A DNA stretch of 64,000 nucleotides from Candidatus Adlerbacteria bacterium (lineage in GTDB: Bacteria > Patescibacteriota > Minisyncoccia > Phycocordibacterales > SBAW01): NCBI GenBank assembly GCA_963749085.1, contig CAVVLG010000003.1, forward strand, positions 80,235-144,234, written 5' to 3'. Made by a program: the position numbers and the translations under genes. Of the stretch, positions 51,077 through 60,897 are shown piece by piece. The notes beneath the pieces were generated by a model, which saw only the letters and a list, made by a program, of their open reading frames with translations, had not been told where the DNA came from and did no database searches. Numbering within the stretch: position 1 is the stretch's first letter; every line of letters starts with the position of its first letter.

Positions 51077-52765
51077 TTACGAGGAAATGTCCGAGGGCTC
51101 CAGCACCACCGGTGGCGCGTCTATAAATCTTCGCATGAGCGCGGCGAGAGCTTCATGCAATTCGGGATTTTTTAAAAGCCACAAAAAGAATACGGTGACC
51201 GCAAGCCCCACCGTGCCCGCGAGCGCGCCTTGGAGTACTAGAATCAGCGTCTTGTCGATGGTTCCCGCCACACCGGTAAGGAATAAAATGCCGTAGGTTA
51301 CCGCGGCGCCGAGGACCGAGGCCGAAAAACTCTGAAACGTAAGCCGTACAATAGAGCCGTGCGAGATGCCGAAGTCACGTCTGAAGAACACAAACGTCAC
51401 CGCGAACTCCGCTATAGAGCCGCAGGCAAAGCCGAGCGCGAGCATCAAAACGGTGGTACCCGGAATATCAGACACGCGAAAGAGGGCTTCGATAAAATTG
51501 CGGATAAACACACTTGAATGAAAGAGAGCTATAAAGGCAATGGAGCTTCCGATGGAGACGACCACGTCAATGAGCCCAAAGTAGAAAGGCTTCCTCGTAT
51601 TGCCTATGGCAAAGTACGCCCGCGCTATGACCAATGACATCGATTGCGCGGCGATGGAGATAATGAAGAGCGCAAGCGCGGCAGCCGTGAGCCTCGTATC
51701 GTCCCAATTAAAGGCACCGGCGCCGAGTATCACGCGAACCAGCTGTGCGCGCATCACGATGACGAACACCATGACCGGTATCGACCAAAAAAGGACGTGC
51801 CGGAGCGCTGCTTCAATATGCTTCTTGAATTCATGTGTATTCCCCTGCGCATGCAGTCTCGCCAGCGTCGGAAATACGGCGATGGAATAGGAAACACCAA
51901 TAACGGTAAGCGGCACCGCCTGCAGGTTATAGGCGAACGTAAAAATAGCGATCGAACCCGCGGAGAGAAGCGACGCCAACGCAACGAGCGCTAGGAGTGA
52001 AATTTGTCCGGCCGCAAGAGAGAGTGTGCGCGGGACGCTGAGAACCAAGACCTGGGAAAATTCCTTGAGCAGTGTGTTGAGCGGCATGTGCTCGGAAGCC
52101 TTCTCGGAGAAAAAGAACGGCAATTGTATGCTCATGTGCATGACGGCGCCAAATACCACTCCCCACCCCAATCCCGCCAAGCCAAAATACGGGTAGAGTA
52201 CCACCGCGCCGAAGATAATGCCGAGATTATACAGCAGAGGCGACACGGAGTAGAGAATGAACCGATGCCGCAGTTGCGTGAACGATGCCAAGGTATTTGA
52301 AGCGCCGAGGAATATCGGCTGCAAGAGCAGAATGCGGATAAGGAGTATGAGCTGTGCGTGCGATGTCGGATCCGTAGTGAGCCCGGGTGCTACTCCAATA
52401 GCCAGGAGCGGCGCAAAAATAAAAAGGATGCCTGCAAGAAGAGACATCCCGACTAAAAACACCACGAGCGTGTCGCGCAAAAACGAAATGACCATTCCTT
52501 CCTCGCGCTCCTGAAGGCGCGAGAGCACCGGCAAAAGCGCATAGAGGGAGAGGAGTGAGGCAACGGTGGCAAAAAGAAAATCCGGGACGCGGAACGCCGC
52601 ATAGTAGAGGTCGAGCGTATGGGACGCGCCGAAGCTGGCCGCCAATATCCTGTCGCGCAGAAGCGCGAGGAGTTGCGAGGCGAGCGCAAAACCCGCCAGC
52701 ACGTAGGCGGCTTCATGCATTCCCCGCACTTCTTTGCCAATTGCGGAGAAAAAACGCGGAATCAT
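51077..52765 (-). CDS. murJ: Lipid II flippase
   Basis: LLALLRDRILA..FG, AFRVPD, multi-TM. Confidence 0.9.
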   Translation of the reverse strand: MIPRFFSAIGKEVRGMHEAAYVLAGFALASQLLALLRDRILAASFGASHTLDLYYAAFRVPDFLFATVASLLSLYALLPVLSRLQEREEGMVISFLRDTLVVFLVGMSLLAGILFIFAPLLAIGVAPGLTTDPTSHAQLILLIRILLLQPIFLGASNTLASFTQLRHRFILYSVSPLLYNLGIIFGAVVLYPYFGLAGLGWGVVFGAVMHMSIQLPFFFSEKASEHMPLNTLLKEFSQVLVLSVPRTLSLAAGQISLLALVALASLLSAGSIAIFTFAYNLQAVPLTVIGVSYSIAVFPTLARLHAQGNTHEFKKHIEAALRHVLFWSIPVMVFVIVMRAQLVRVILGAGAFNWDDTRLTAAALALFIISIAAQSMSLVIARAYFAIGNTRKPFYFGLIDVVVSIGSSIAFIALFHSSVFIRNFIEALFRVSDIPGTTVLMLALGFACGSIAEFAVTFVFFRRDFGISHGSIVRLTFQSFSASVLGAAVTYGILFLTGVAGTIDKTLILVLQGALAGTVGLAVTVFFLWLLKNPELHEALAALMRRFIDAPPVVLEPSDISS

Positions 52766-52785
52766 TGCGGCTATTGTACTCTAGG

Positions 52786-55134
52786 TTACTCCGAAACGGG
52801 AGCGGTCGTACTGTTCTGCGGTGTGGACGTCACCGGGGGTTTCGCCCCGGTAAAGGGCGGCTTGCCCGTCTCTAGATTGCCCAAAATAAGCTCTACCTGG
52901 GAGTTGCCGGGGTTGGATTGGTTCAGAGCCTGGAACAGTTGTATCGCAGTCGCCGTATTACCCAGCGCGTAATCCGCGAGTCCGAGGAAATACTGCGCGT
53001 TGGCGTAGTTGGGCACTATGTCAATCGCCTGCTGAAGCGCTTGCGCTGCCGGGGACATATCACCGGCCGAGTAATAGAGGAGCCCGAGTTCGAACCATAT
53101 CGGACCCACCCCGGGAGCGGTTTGTGCGGCGGCAGTGGCTGCCCTTATCGCGCTTTGGATGTCGTTATTGGCTACATCAAGCTGCACCACGAGAAGAATA
53201 GCGTCGGTGTAATTCGGTTTGAGCGTCAGGGCTTCCGAAAGATCGCTGGTCGTCTTTGCTTGGTCGCCGGCGGCGGCTTCAAGCCGCGCCTCTGCCAAGG
53301 GTATCGCCGGGTTGGTCGGATCCTGCGCTGCGGCAGCTTGATAGGTCGTCAATGCGGTTTGCGAAGCCCCTTGGACATTAAGTGTTGATAAGTAGTCATA
53401 CACCTCAGCAAGTGCAAGCGTCGGACGGTAGTCATGGGGATTAAGCGCCTCTGCTTTTTGTGCGGCCACAATGGCAGCTTCTACCGTTGTCGCGAACTCT
53501 TGCTGGAGCGTTGCCGCGGGCGTTGAAGTCTCGGCGGCTATCTGCTGGAGCTTGGTCGTATCGGCTTGGACCAAGAGCCTGAGCGCATCGCCCGTAGTAT
53601 CGAACTGTTGCGCGCGGGTCGCATCTGCTATAGCCTCATCCGCCGTGCCGTTTGAGAGTACGTCGGTCCCTTTCCCGACGTACGCTTCCGCGACGAGTCT
53701 TCGTCCGCTCGCCACACTCACCCACAGTGAAAGCACCACGAGCACCACTGCTATACCGGCGGTATATACCTGCCAGAGGCGCGATTCCTCCCCTACTTCA
53801 ACGCTGCTTTGACCTTGTCTCCAGAGGAAGCCGAACGTGGCACCCGCAAGCATGAATCCCAAAAGTATGATGTTTTGACTCGGCACGTAGAAGAGAATGG
53901 CACACCACAGATAGAGGCTTGCGATGCCGAGCGTCACTGCCACTATTCTATCCTCGCGATTGAGAACCCCGAGGCGGGTGACCCTGATAAGCGCGGCGAG
54001 TATCAGGAATAGAGGTATAAGCCAGGCTATGACGCCGAGGAGTCCAACTGAGCCGAGCGCCGTTATGATGGTGGAAAAGCCGACATTGAAATCAAGATCC
54101 CAAAATTCCGACTGGTTGACCGCTGACGGACGCAGGAGATCCCATTCCTCGCCGAATGTGTTTGGTCCCGTGCCCACCAGGACACGTGAGAAGGAATTTC
54201 CGCGCGCCGTATCTATCATGGAGAGCGTTGTGGCATAGGAGGGTCGCACCTCAAGGGAGGAAACGGGAAAGAGAGTGGTTAAATTCGTATTGACGGTAGA
54301 GCCGAAGAATAGAAACAGGACTGACACAACGGCCGCCACTATCGAAAACCAGGGGGCCCTTCTAGTCCAGGTCTCCCTAAGAGATGCGGGGGGGTCGGTT
54401 TCTTGAATACTTCGCTCACTCAGTATGCGCACTGTGCCGAGAATAACGGAGAACCCAAGGATAAGCCCCCATACGAGCGGGAAGTTTATGATGCCGAGGA
54501 GTATCGCGAGAATGAGGCATGCGACGCCGGCAACCACGCGCCACAAAATGGACACCGTCATAAGCTCAACCTGCGCCAAAAAGAGCATGACGAGAAGTCC
54601 TACAATAAGGCCGAGATCGTTCCATTTGCCGACCAGGTTTACCGAGCGGTCGGCAAAGCTCGCGAACGGAATAGCCGCCGAACCAAAGACAATAGAGACG
54701 CACTGAAAGAGCGCTGCCGCTATAAGCGCCCAGAAGAGGACCGTAAGCAGGAGTCGGACACCCCGCAGCGTTCGGAAGAGCGCGAAGGCGAGCAGAAACG
54801 CCAAAAATAGGAACACAGCGAATAGCACCGTGTCGGGATCAATGCCAAAACCCGTGAGTGCCACGCTTCTATCTATGGAGAAGAACCACGAGATGAGGTA
54901 CGCGAGTGGAAGGAGCGCAACTAAAAGCGCTCCGTACAACCCGCGCGAGCGGATAAATTCTCGCATGCCGCCTCCCCACGCGAACAAGACCAGCGCGAAA
55001 AGGAGAAACACCGCGAACACCGTGACCTTTAATAATTGGAACGGAAACCATGCGGTCGGGACGACCAGTACCAAGGCAAGCACCATGCCTGCGAGGTAGA
55101 GGTATCGCGACCACGAGAGTAGCCTCGAATACAT
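52786..55134 (-). CDS. Multi-TM O-antigen-ligase-like protein with C-terminal TPRs
   Basis: Many TMs, VGTGPNTF, TPR repeats (ALTLKPNY). Confidence 0.8.
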   Translation of the reverse strand: MYSRLLSWSRYLYLAGMVLALVLVVPTAWFPFQLLKVTVFAVFLLFALVLFAWGGGMREFIRSRGLYGALLVALLPLAYLISWFFSIDRSVALTGFGIDPDTVLFAVFLFLAFLLAFALFRTLRGVRLLLTVLFWALIAAALFQCVSIVFGSAAIPFASFADRSVNLVGKWNDLGLIVGLLVMLFLAQVELMTVSILWRVVAGVACLILAILLGIINFPLVWGLILGFSVILGTVRILSERSIQETDPPASLRETWTRRAPWFSIVAAVVSVLFLFFGSTVNTNLTTLFPVSSLEVRPSYATTLSMIDTARGNSFSRVLVGTGPNTFGEEWDLLRPSAVNQSEFWDLDFNVGFSTIITALGSVGLLGVIAWLIPLFLILAALIRVTRLGVLNREDRIVAVTLGIASLYLWCAILFYVPSQNIILLGFMLAGATFGFLWRQGQSSVEVGEESRLWQVYTAGIAVVLVVLSLWVSVASGRRLVAEAYVGKGTDVLSNGTADEAIADATRAQQFDTTGDALRLLVQADTTKLQQIAAETSTPAATLQQEFATTVEAAIVAAQKAEALNPHDYRPTLALAEVYDYLSTLNVQGASQTALTTYQAAAAQDPTNPAIPLAEARLEAAAGDQAKTTSDLSEALTLKPNYTDAILLVVQLDVANNDIQSAIRAATAAAQTAPGVGPIWFELGLLYYSAGDMSPAAQALQQAIDIVPNYANAQYFLGLADYALGNTATAIQLFQALNQSNPGNSQVELILGNLETGKPPFTGAKPPVTSTPQNSTTAPVSE

Positions 55135-55257
55135 ATTCGATTCGATTAACAATTAATCGACTGCTATATAAAGGGGCGACTAACCCCCTGTTGTAGACCA
55201 GCCACATATAAGTATAGAACGATAATTTCTACCTGAAGCCACACCTGTGGAAAAGCA

Positions 55258-55283
55258 AATCCCCGCCTTTAGGGCAGGGATTC
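55258..55283 (-). terminator. Probable terminator downstream of rnpB
   Basis: aatccccgcc-ttta-gggcagggatt inverted repeat. Confidence 0.55.
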
Positions 55284-55294
55284 ACATCTAGCGC

Positions 55295-55574
55295 GCGCGT
55301 CTGTAAGCCGAATTCTGTCGTGAGCAGCAATTTATCTGGGACCTCGGTCGCCCGAAGCCTCAAGCGGCACCCTCCATTTCTGGAGTACGGCCTTGCACCT
55401 GGGTAAGGATTTTGCCGTTTCACCTCCACTCAAGGAGCTCGTCTCTGTTCGCACCTCTCGTGCCCGCCAGGAGCACGCGGCAGGGGTTACCTGCTACCTG
55501 TTATCGGCTTGCGCCGGATAAGTGTTCGGACTTTCCTCCCCTGCTCTTTCAAGCGGGGCTGCCACTCAACGCGC
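55295..55574 (-). ncRNA. rnpB: RNase P RNA
   Basis: GAGGAAAGTCC, GGTGAAACGGC, GCAAGGCC and ACAGAATTCGGCTTAC conserved regions; terminal P1 pairing. Confidence 0.93.
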
Positions 55575-55593
55575 TGGGGGACAGTATAGCACA

Positions 55594-56088
55594 CTACTGC
55601 CCAACGTGCAGGATATCTCCTGTGGCGATGTCATGTTGCGCCGCAAATCCCGCAGGGACTTCGAGCACGTAGAGAACCGGCTGCAATGGGTAGAAAACCT
55701 CAGGAGGATTGAGGAGGTACGTCGAAGGTGAGAGATCGCTGTCTATGGTGACGATTGTACCGTCTTGTACGGCAAAGAGCATGTCCAGAGAAAAACTCAT
55801 ATCCTTCATCCAAAAACCCGGTACGGTCGGTGAATCGAATACGAATAACATGCCGTGACCGGGCTGCAGTGAGCTGCGGCCGGAGAGTCCCTGCTCGCGT
55901 TCGGCCTCAGTGCTTGCAACTTCGGCAATCATAGTCGTCGTGCCTATAGTGACCGTGGTCGTTGGCAGGCCGGGGTTGGGCATAGTTTGAGGTGTAGGCC
56001 GGTATAACAGAAAAGAGGCGGCAAGTGCCAGCAAAAATAAAAGCAATACGCCGATACCCAACGTTCGTATATCCACTCTTATTGCCAC
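55594..56088 (-). CDS. DUF192 family protein
   Basis: EREQGLSGR..GMLFVF..FWMKDM..YVLEVPAG. Confidence 0.9.
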   Translation of the reverse strand: MAIRVDIRTLGIGVLLLFLLALAASFLLYRPTPQTMPNPGLPTTTVTIGTTTMIAEVASTEAEREQGLSGRSSLQPGHGMLFVFDSPTVPGFWMKDMSFSLDMLFAVQDGTIVTIDSDLSPSTYLLNPPEVFYPLQPVLYVLEVPAGFAAQHDIATGDILHVGQ

Positions 56089-56486
56089 ATCCCTATTATA
56101 GCCGCCATGACAAGCAGCGATACCAGACGCTGCGAGATATTCAGAAGATAAAGTTTCCAGGAACTTTTTTCCCACAAAACTGGGTCAAGCATGGTCGTCG
56201 CGAAAAATCCGAGCCATATCCAAAAGCCCAATAGGAGCGCACCTATAAGATCTCCTGCGCCAAGCCATGCCGCGAACTCGGCAATAAAGAAGGCGGTTAC
56301 AAGCGACGCGATGAACTGGATGGCAAATTTGTCTGCCGGGAATTTCATACCCTTCATACTCGTCGGGTCCATGCCCCTCAGCATCATCCATTGTTTGCCG
56401 AAAAGCGGCCCGTACCATAGAAAGCCCACTACTATTGCCGCTATTGCTGCTACGATAACGGCGAGATAATTGACTTCGACTAACAT
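56079..56486 (-). CDS. DUF1761 family membrane protein
   Basis: NYLAVIVAA...GFLWYGPLFGKQW. Confidence 0.88.
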   Translation of the reverse strand: MLVEVNYLAVIVAAIAAIVVGFLWYGPLFGKQWMMLRGMDPTSMKGMKFPADKFAIQFIASLVTAFFIAEFAAWLGAGDLIGALLLGFWIWLGFFATTMLDPVLWEKSSWKLYLLNISQRLVSLLVMAAIIGMWQ

Positions 56487-56538
56487 ATATAGCTTCTGTT
56501 AACGATTAATAAGTCCGCTGTCAGTATAACAAAACTTA

Positions 56539-56566
56539 CTGGGAGTGTGGGACGATATCCGAACGG
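56539..56566 (+). repeat. att-like site, copy 1
   Basis: ctgggagtgtgggacgatatccgaacgg. Confidence 0.8.
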
Positions 56567-56656
56567 GACTTAGTTTAGAGACGCGCTAGCAAAAACTATC
56601 TTGAGTGTATTGTTTTGCGTGGTACTATCTCCTATGGATAGAAAAGGAGCCGCATC

Positions 56657-57061
56657 ATGCAGAGGAAAGAGAAGTCGCCTTGGCAATTAGAAACCGACAG
56701 AATGGTTGCTAAGACTTACTACAGTCGCGCATTCTGGACTTCGCTCGCGCCTGCTCTCACATTGTTTTCCTTGATGTGCAGTAGTATCGGGAGAAATGGT
56801 GGAGATCCAATAAGATGGTTCACGCAACTCTGGATCCTACATTCATTGTGTCTCGTGTGCATACTGGGCCTTTTGTGCTTTGCGATCAGCGAGATCATTC
56901 AAGGCTTGCGCAAGGCCAGCAGATTTATGACACCCACGTACACTACGCGAGTAGTAGACGGACCTCGACCTGATGGAACCTGGACTGCAGAGCTCAGCAG
57001 AGACGGCATCTCTTACGGCCGCGTGGACGTGGGTTCCATATCGTCGCTGATTAAAAAATAA
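56657..57061 (+). CDS. Hypothetical membrane protein (cassette 1)
   Basis: AAGGAG RBS, 2 TMs, terminator at ~57079-57110. Confidence 0.65.
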   Translation: MQRKEKSPWQLETDRMVAKTYYSRAFWTSLAPALTLFSLMCSSIGRNGGDPIRWFTQLWILHSLCLVCILGLLCFAISEIIQGLRKASRFMTPTYTTRVVDGPRPDGTWTAELSRDGISYGRVDVGSISSLIKK

Positions 57062-57167
57062 AAACAAATTTCCTCTATGAGCTCTGTAATCTGCGGGGCT
57101 CTTTTTCTTTTAAGTTAGTTCGATACGCCCAAGACTTCTATCTGGAAAAGCTTTGTACTGTAACGAG

Positions 57168-57194
57168 CTGGGTGTCTGGTACGATGTTGGAACC
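57168..57194 (+). repeat. att-like site, copy 2
   Basis: ctgggtgtctggtacgatgttggaacc. Confidence 0.7.
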
Positions 57195-57283
57195 ATTTTG
57201 CAATAGGTCGGAAAGATTGTCCATATAACGTCATAGAAAAAGAAAGAGCGATCATCGATTGATGATCGCTACAAAACAGATGA

Positions 57284-57550
57284 TTATTTATTTAAATCTG
57301 AATGTTTCTTTGCTGACATGATAAGTTTGTCGATCGCTTTTGAATCCAGGGCGATCATTCGAAGATACAGATCTGTCGTTGAAGTGGGCTTGGCTCGGCC
57401 TTGTTCCCAGTTTCTTAAACTGGTCAAATCCATCCCATACCATTCAGAAAATTGAATCTGCGTCAGGGATAGCTTATTTCTCAGGGCTTTGAGTTCTTGA
57501 GAGTCCACTGGTTTCCAGTAAGGCCTGCTTATGCGACGGCTCATCGGCAT
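57284..57550 (-). CDS. XRE/HigA-like HTH protein (cassette 2)
   Basis: LKALRNKLSLTQIQFS...SLRNWEQGRAKP. Confidence 0.88.
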   Translation of the reverse strand: MPMSRRISRPYWKPVDSQELKALRNKLSLTQIQFSEWYGMDLTSLRNWEQGRAKPTSTTDLYLRMIALDSKAIDKLIMSAKKHSDLNK

Positions 57551-57607
57551 CTCCCATCAATAACTGCACTAGAGAAGAAACTACAACAAATTATTTAAAA
57601 ACGCTAG

Positions 57608-57635
57608 CTGGCTGTCTGGGACGATATCCGAACGG
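57608..57635 (+). repeat. att-like site, copy 3
   Basis: ctggctgtctgggacgatatccgaacgg. Confidence 0.8.
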
Positions 57636-57700
57636 AATTGATACTATAACAAAAGAAATGGCCGGACACCTGTGAGGGGCCGACCATAGAATCTTTGGGC

Positions 57701-58366
57701 TTATTTTGCAGGGGACAGAACGCGGTCACCAGTGTCATGCCCGTTGGACGTATTCCTCTCCATCTTCCAGGTGTAGATATTCGCCGCCCAGATCTTATCG
57801 ACCTGGTTCCAATACACATCTCCGCGATACGAGCCTATGTAGAAGATGTTGGAAAGACCATTGTTGAGGAGGTCCCCCGATACACCGTTGGCCTGTTCAG
57901 ACACCAACTCAGCGATGACAGCGCATAATGTGCTCTCATCGAAACAATGGCGCTCGGGGAGACCCTCTTCGATTTCGTCGTCGGCGAGATCGTCCTGGAG
58001 GTCGTCGATGTTGACCTTAAAGATTGTGCCAGGTTTGATTGGCTTTGCCTTCGCGAGGACGAGTTGGCGAAATTCTTTACCAACCCATATATTTTTCCGA
58101 TTCGCATAGAACGATAGATCAACTCCGCCGGAGATTGTTACGGAGAGCTGTTTTGACCGAACAAGAACGAACATGCTTCTGACAGCTTGCTCGATCGCAT
58201 CTGTGACTCGGTCGGCGAGAACCTGGTTCTTGTCCTTGATCGCCTTGAGCACAAATTTTGGATTGTTGAACTTGGCGGCGACTTTTGGCAACGCCGTTGC
58301 AACGCTCACGGAGACGGTCGATTGGAATTCGGCCATTTGACCGGGAGTAAAGGCTGTTCCACTCAT
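57701..58366 (-). CDS. Hypothetical protein
   Basis: 221 aa ORF with AAGGA RBS; LLNNGLSNIFYI motif. Confidence 0.7.
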   Translation of the reverse strand: MSGTAFTPGQMAEFQSTVSVSVATALPKVAAKFNNPKFVLKAIKDKNQVLADRVTDAIEQAVRSMFVLVRSKQLSVTISGGVDLSFYANRKNIWVGKEFRQLVLAKAKPIKPGTIFKVNIDDLQDDLADDEIEEGLPERHCFDESTLCAVIAELVSEQANGVSGDLLNNGLSNIFYIGSYRGDVYWNQVDKIWAANIYTWKMERNTSNGHDTGDRVLSPAK

Positions 58367-58738
58367 CGTGGCTGTTCCTTTGCAAGTTTGCGGTTACAAA
58401 GAACCGTACCTATACACATTACAGTGAGATTTAGAATTGGTCAAGCTCCCACATTGACGAGAATGTACGTGTAATCTCCAATTCCACAGAAACGAAACTT
58501 TTATGCTCCTCATCCGTTATGTCTACTGAACAGCCGGCACTTTGATACGCGAATACTGCACCCAGCCCAACCTCCCTCAACCCTCGACTTTTACCTTTCC
58601 GCTGTCTGGTGTCTAACCGTGTAATAAGTGATAGGCCTCTTTAGGCCAGCTATTCCTTCCGGCTAGAAAGCAACGCTTGGCAATCCCTCATTGGGGTTTC
58701 TTTGCGATGTGTTTCAAGCTGTTGTCTGTATCGTCAAG

Positions 58739-58900
58739 ATGCAGGAGGAAAAAGCAACATATAGTCAAAATTTAATAGATCGAACCCGAGCGTACTTCTC
58801 ACAAAAGTGCGGTCGGGACATTTCTGTTGAGGAAGCTATCGAGTATCTCAATGCGCTTGCCGGTTTGTACGAATCGTTCATCGAGTTTGCGGAGGAGTAG
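58739..58900 (+). CDS. Small mobile-element protein
   Basis: YFSQKCGRDISVEEAIEYLNAL helical pattern. Confidence 0.6.
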   Translation: MQEEKATYSQNLIDRTRAYFSQKCGRDISVEEAIEYLNALAGLYESFIEFAEE

Positions 58901-58906
58901 CCGAGC

Positions 58907-58952
58907 TCGGCCGGCGGCGCTTTAGCGCCCCGGCCGATCCGGTTCTCTTGAT
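58907..58952 (+). other. Putative rolling-circle double-strand origin
   Basis: 13 bp GC hairpin tcggccgg(c)ggcgc-ttta-gcgccccggccga followed by ttctCTTGAT. Confidence 0.5.
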
Positions 58953-58953
58953 T

Positions 58954-59520
58954 CTAGAGACACTTAACGACATGGAGACAAACCTTAAAGTGATTGCAAG
59001 TGGGACTTGTGTTGAGGTTTTTCGATATTTGGACGGCGTATTGGAATATGGAATGTCGCGAATTCGGTACTTTTGACAACAAATTTAATTTAACCTCGGC
59101 CTCGTAGATATCACTTTTCCTGGAAGGTTTGACTTCAAGATAAAGTCCAATTCTGGTCCAACTATTTTTTGGAACATTACTAACTTTATTTTCTGATAGC
59201 GTATCAGTGCTGTTTTTCTTATTGGTGAGTTGTATAGTGCTTGTTACTAATAATTCATTACTGGAACGAATATATAGACCAACTCCATAAAAGGAGATCT
59301 TTTCTGAAAATAAATACGGGAGTTTAATCGAAGGGTCGTTGAAAGATATAAGCAACTCCTTGCCTGAAATTTTAATTTGATCTGTTTTATGAATGAAACA
59401 CTCGCTACCAGTCTTACCCCCTTTTACTTTAAAACCACTTTTCTGTCTAACAGATCTTCTCTTTGGTTGGAGAAAAAAATGGCCACGGTGAATTCTGGGA
59501 GTATGAGTTTTTGTCGCCAT
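58954..59520 (-). pseudogene. AT-rich gene, probably 3'-truncated near 59060
   Basis: Low-GC ORF whose last ~35 codons are antisense to the Rep fragment. Confidence 0.5.
58972..59076 (+). pseudogene. Truncated N-terminus of a putative rolling-circle Rep
   Basis: METNLKVIASGTCVEVFRY resembles the KVIxSGxxxExYxY Rep start (from memory). Confidence 0.45.
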
Positions 59521-59616
59521 AAATTTAAAGCCCGTGTGCAGGAAAACGATACAACAAACTTGACCTTATTACTAGTCTAAAATGACGCGACTCGAGCGCG
59601 ATAACCTAGCTCAACT

Positions 59617-59642
59617 TGGCTGGGAGACTAGGATTCGAACCT
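59617..59642 (-). other. tRNA 3' fragment (Gln-like), att remnant
   Basis: AGGTTCGAATCCTAGTCTCCCAGCCA; no 5' half adjacent. Confidence 0.8.
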
Positions 59643-60848
59643 GTTTATTAATATATGTTCAGGCCGAAAGCCAATGCCTATGACGTACGCGGGAATCCAT
59701 TGCAACATAGGAACTTTCCCTAGCATCTTAATAAACCATGGGGGTCTCATGTGCCCTTTATGCATGAGTACGGCCCCAAGCACGCGACGATGGAGAAACA
59801 CCTGCAAACCCTGTGTGAGACGAGTAGGAAGTTGGCGACGTTTTTGAATACGCGCAAAATTCGCAACCGTCGGCTTCCCTTTTCTAAACGCAGGCACAAG
59901 GATATTTGCCGCCGCGACGGCGTCTTGAATCGCTAAGTTAATACCGACTCCGCCCACGGGAGACATTGCATGTGCCGAGTCGCCAATACACAGGAGCCCT
60001 TCGCGAAACCACGTGGTAAGGCGATCGACGCTGATACTTAGCAACTTTACCTGTTCCCATTCTTTCAATTCATCAACCACCGGCAACAGAAATGGCGCCA
60101 GTGTGGCGATGTCGCTTTTAAATTGCTTAAGCCCCCGCGACTTGATGCCGTCGAATACACCTTTTGAAATAATGAAGCCACACTGCCAATAGTCGTTGCG
60201 GTCGAGCAGAACAAGACCCCTTCCCGCGTCGATATAGCCAAGTGAACGTTTCGTACCGTCGTCTGTACGCGAAAGACGAAACCACAACACGTCTATTGGC
60301 GCGCCGAGATCCTCAACCGCAAGTCGTGCTTTGTCTCGAATAGTGGAATGTCTGCCATCGGCCCCAACCACCAGCTCGGCCCGTATTTCAAACTCTCCTT
60401 CTTTGTCTTTAACTCTGGCACCGACCACAATTCCTTTCCCCCCAATAATATCGAGAGCCTCAGTCTCCATCATGAGATGAAAGCCCGGATATTTTTTCGC
60501 CTCTAATGCCATAAAATTTAAGAAATCCCATTGCGGAATGAACGCGATATAGGGACATCGCACGCGGAGCCTGGTGAAATCGGCCACCACTATTTCCTCC
60601 CCACCCATATGAGCCGCCATTTGCTGCATCTCGCTGTGCGGAAGCTTCAAAAAACCCTCAAGCAGCCCGAGCTCGTGAAGTACCTCCATGGTCGAAGGAT
60701 GAATGGTGTCGCCGCGGAAATCGCGGAAAAAGTCCGGCCATTTTTCGAGTATGATAACGTCTATTCCCGCCCTCGCGAGCAAAAACCCCAGTATGATACC
60801 CGCCGGTCCCCCTCCAGCGATGCAGCAGCGGGTGTTGACGGTACGCAT
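59628..60848 (-). CDS. FAD-dependent oxidoreductase (FAD_binding_3/UbiH-like)
   Basis: IAGGGPAG, VGADGRHS, IGDSAHAMSPVGGVGINLAIQDA. Confidence 0.92.
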   Translation of the reverse strand: MRTVNTRCCIAGGGPAGIILGFLLARAGIDVIILEKWPDFFRDFRGDTIHPSTMEVLHELGLLEGFLKLPHSEMQQMAAHMGGEEIVVADFTRLRVRCPYIAFIPQWDFLNFMALEAKKYPGFHLMMETEALDIIGGKGIVVGARVKDKEGEFEIRAELVVGADGRHSTIRDKARLAVEDLGAPIDVLWFRLSRTDDGTKRSLGYIDAGRGLVLLDRNDYWQCGFIISKGVFDGIKSRGLKQFKSDIATLAPFLLPVVDELKEWEQVKLLSISVDRLTTWFREGLLCIGDSAHAMSPVGGVGINLAIQDAVAAANILVPAFRKGKPTVANFARIQKRRQLPTRLTQGLQVFLHRRVLGAVLMHKGHMRPPWFIKMLGKVPMLQWIPAYVIGIGFRPEHILINRFES

Positions 60849-60897
60849 ATTTAAAATGGTATCACGCGCGAGGGAGTAACTTTGAGAGTCTGGGACG

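Noticed and set aside
55229-55672. Short ORFs on both strands
   Set aside because: They overlap the RNase P RNA
56539-57635. CRISPR or REP interpretation of the 28 bp repeats
   Set aside because: Spacing of 440-630 bp with whole genes between; not palindromic; related to a tRNA end
58601-58620. Further att-like copy gctgtctggtgtctaacc
   Set aside because: Only 9 bp match; lacks ACGAT and GAAC blocks
59617-59700. Complete tRNA-Gln
   Set aside because: Only the T-loop and acceptor 3' strand are present; the rest is coding sequence
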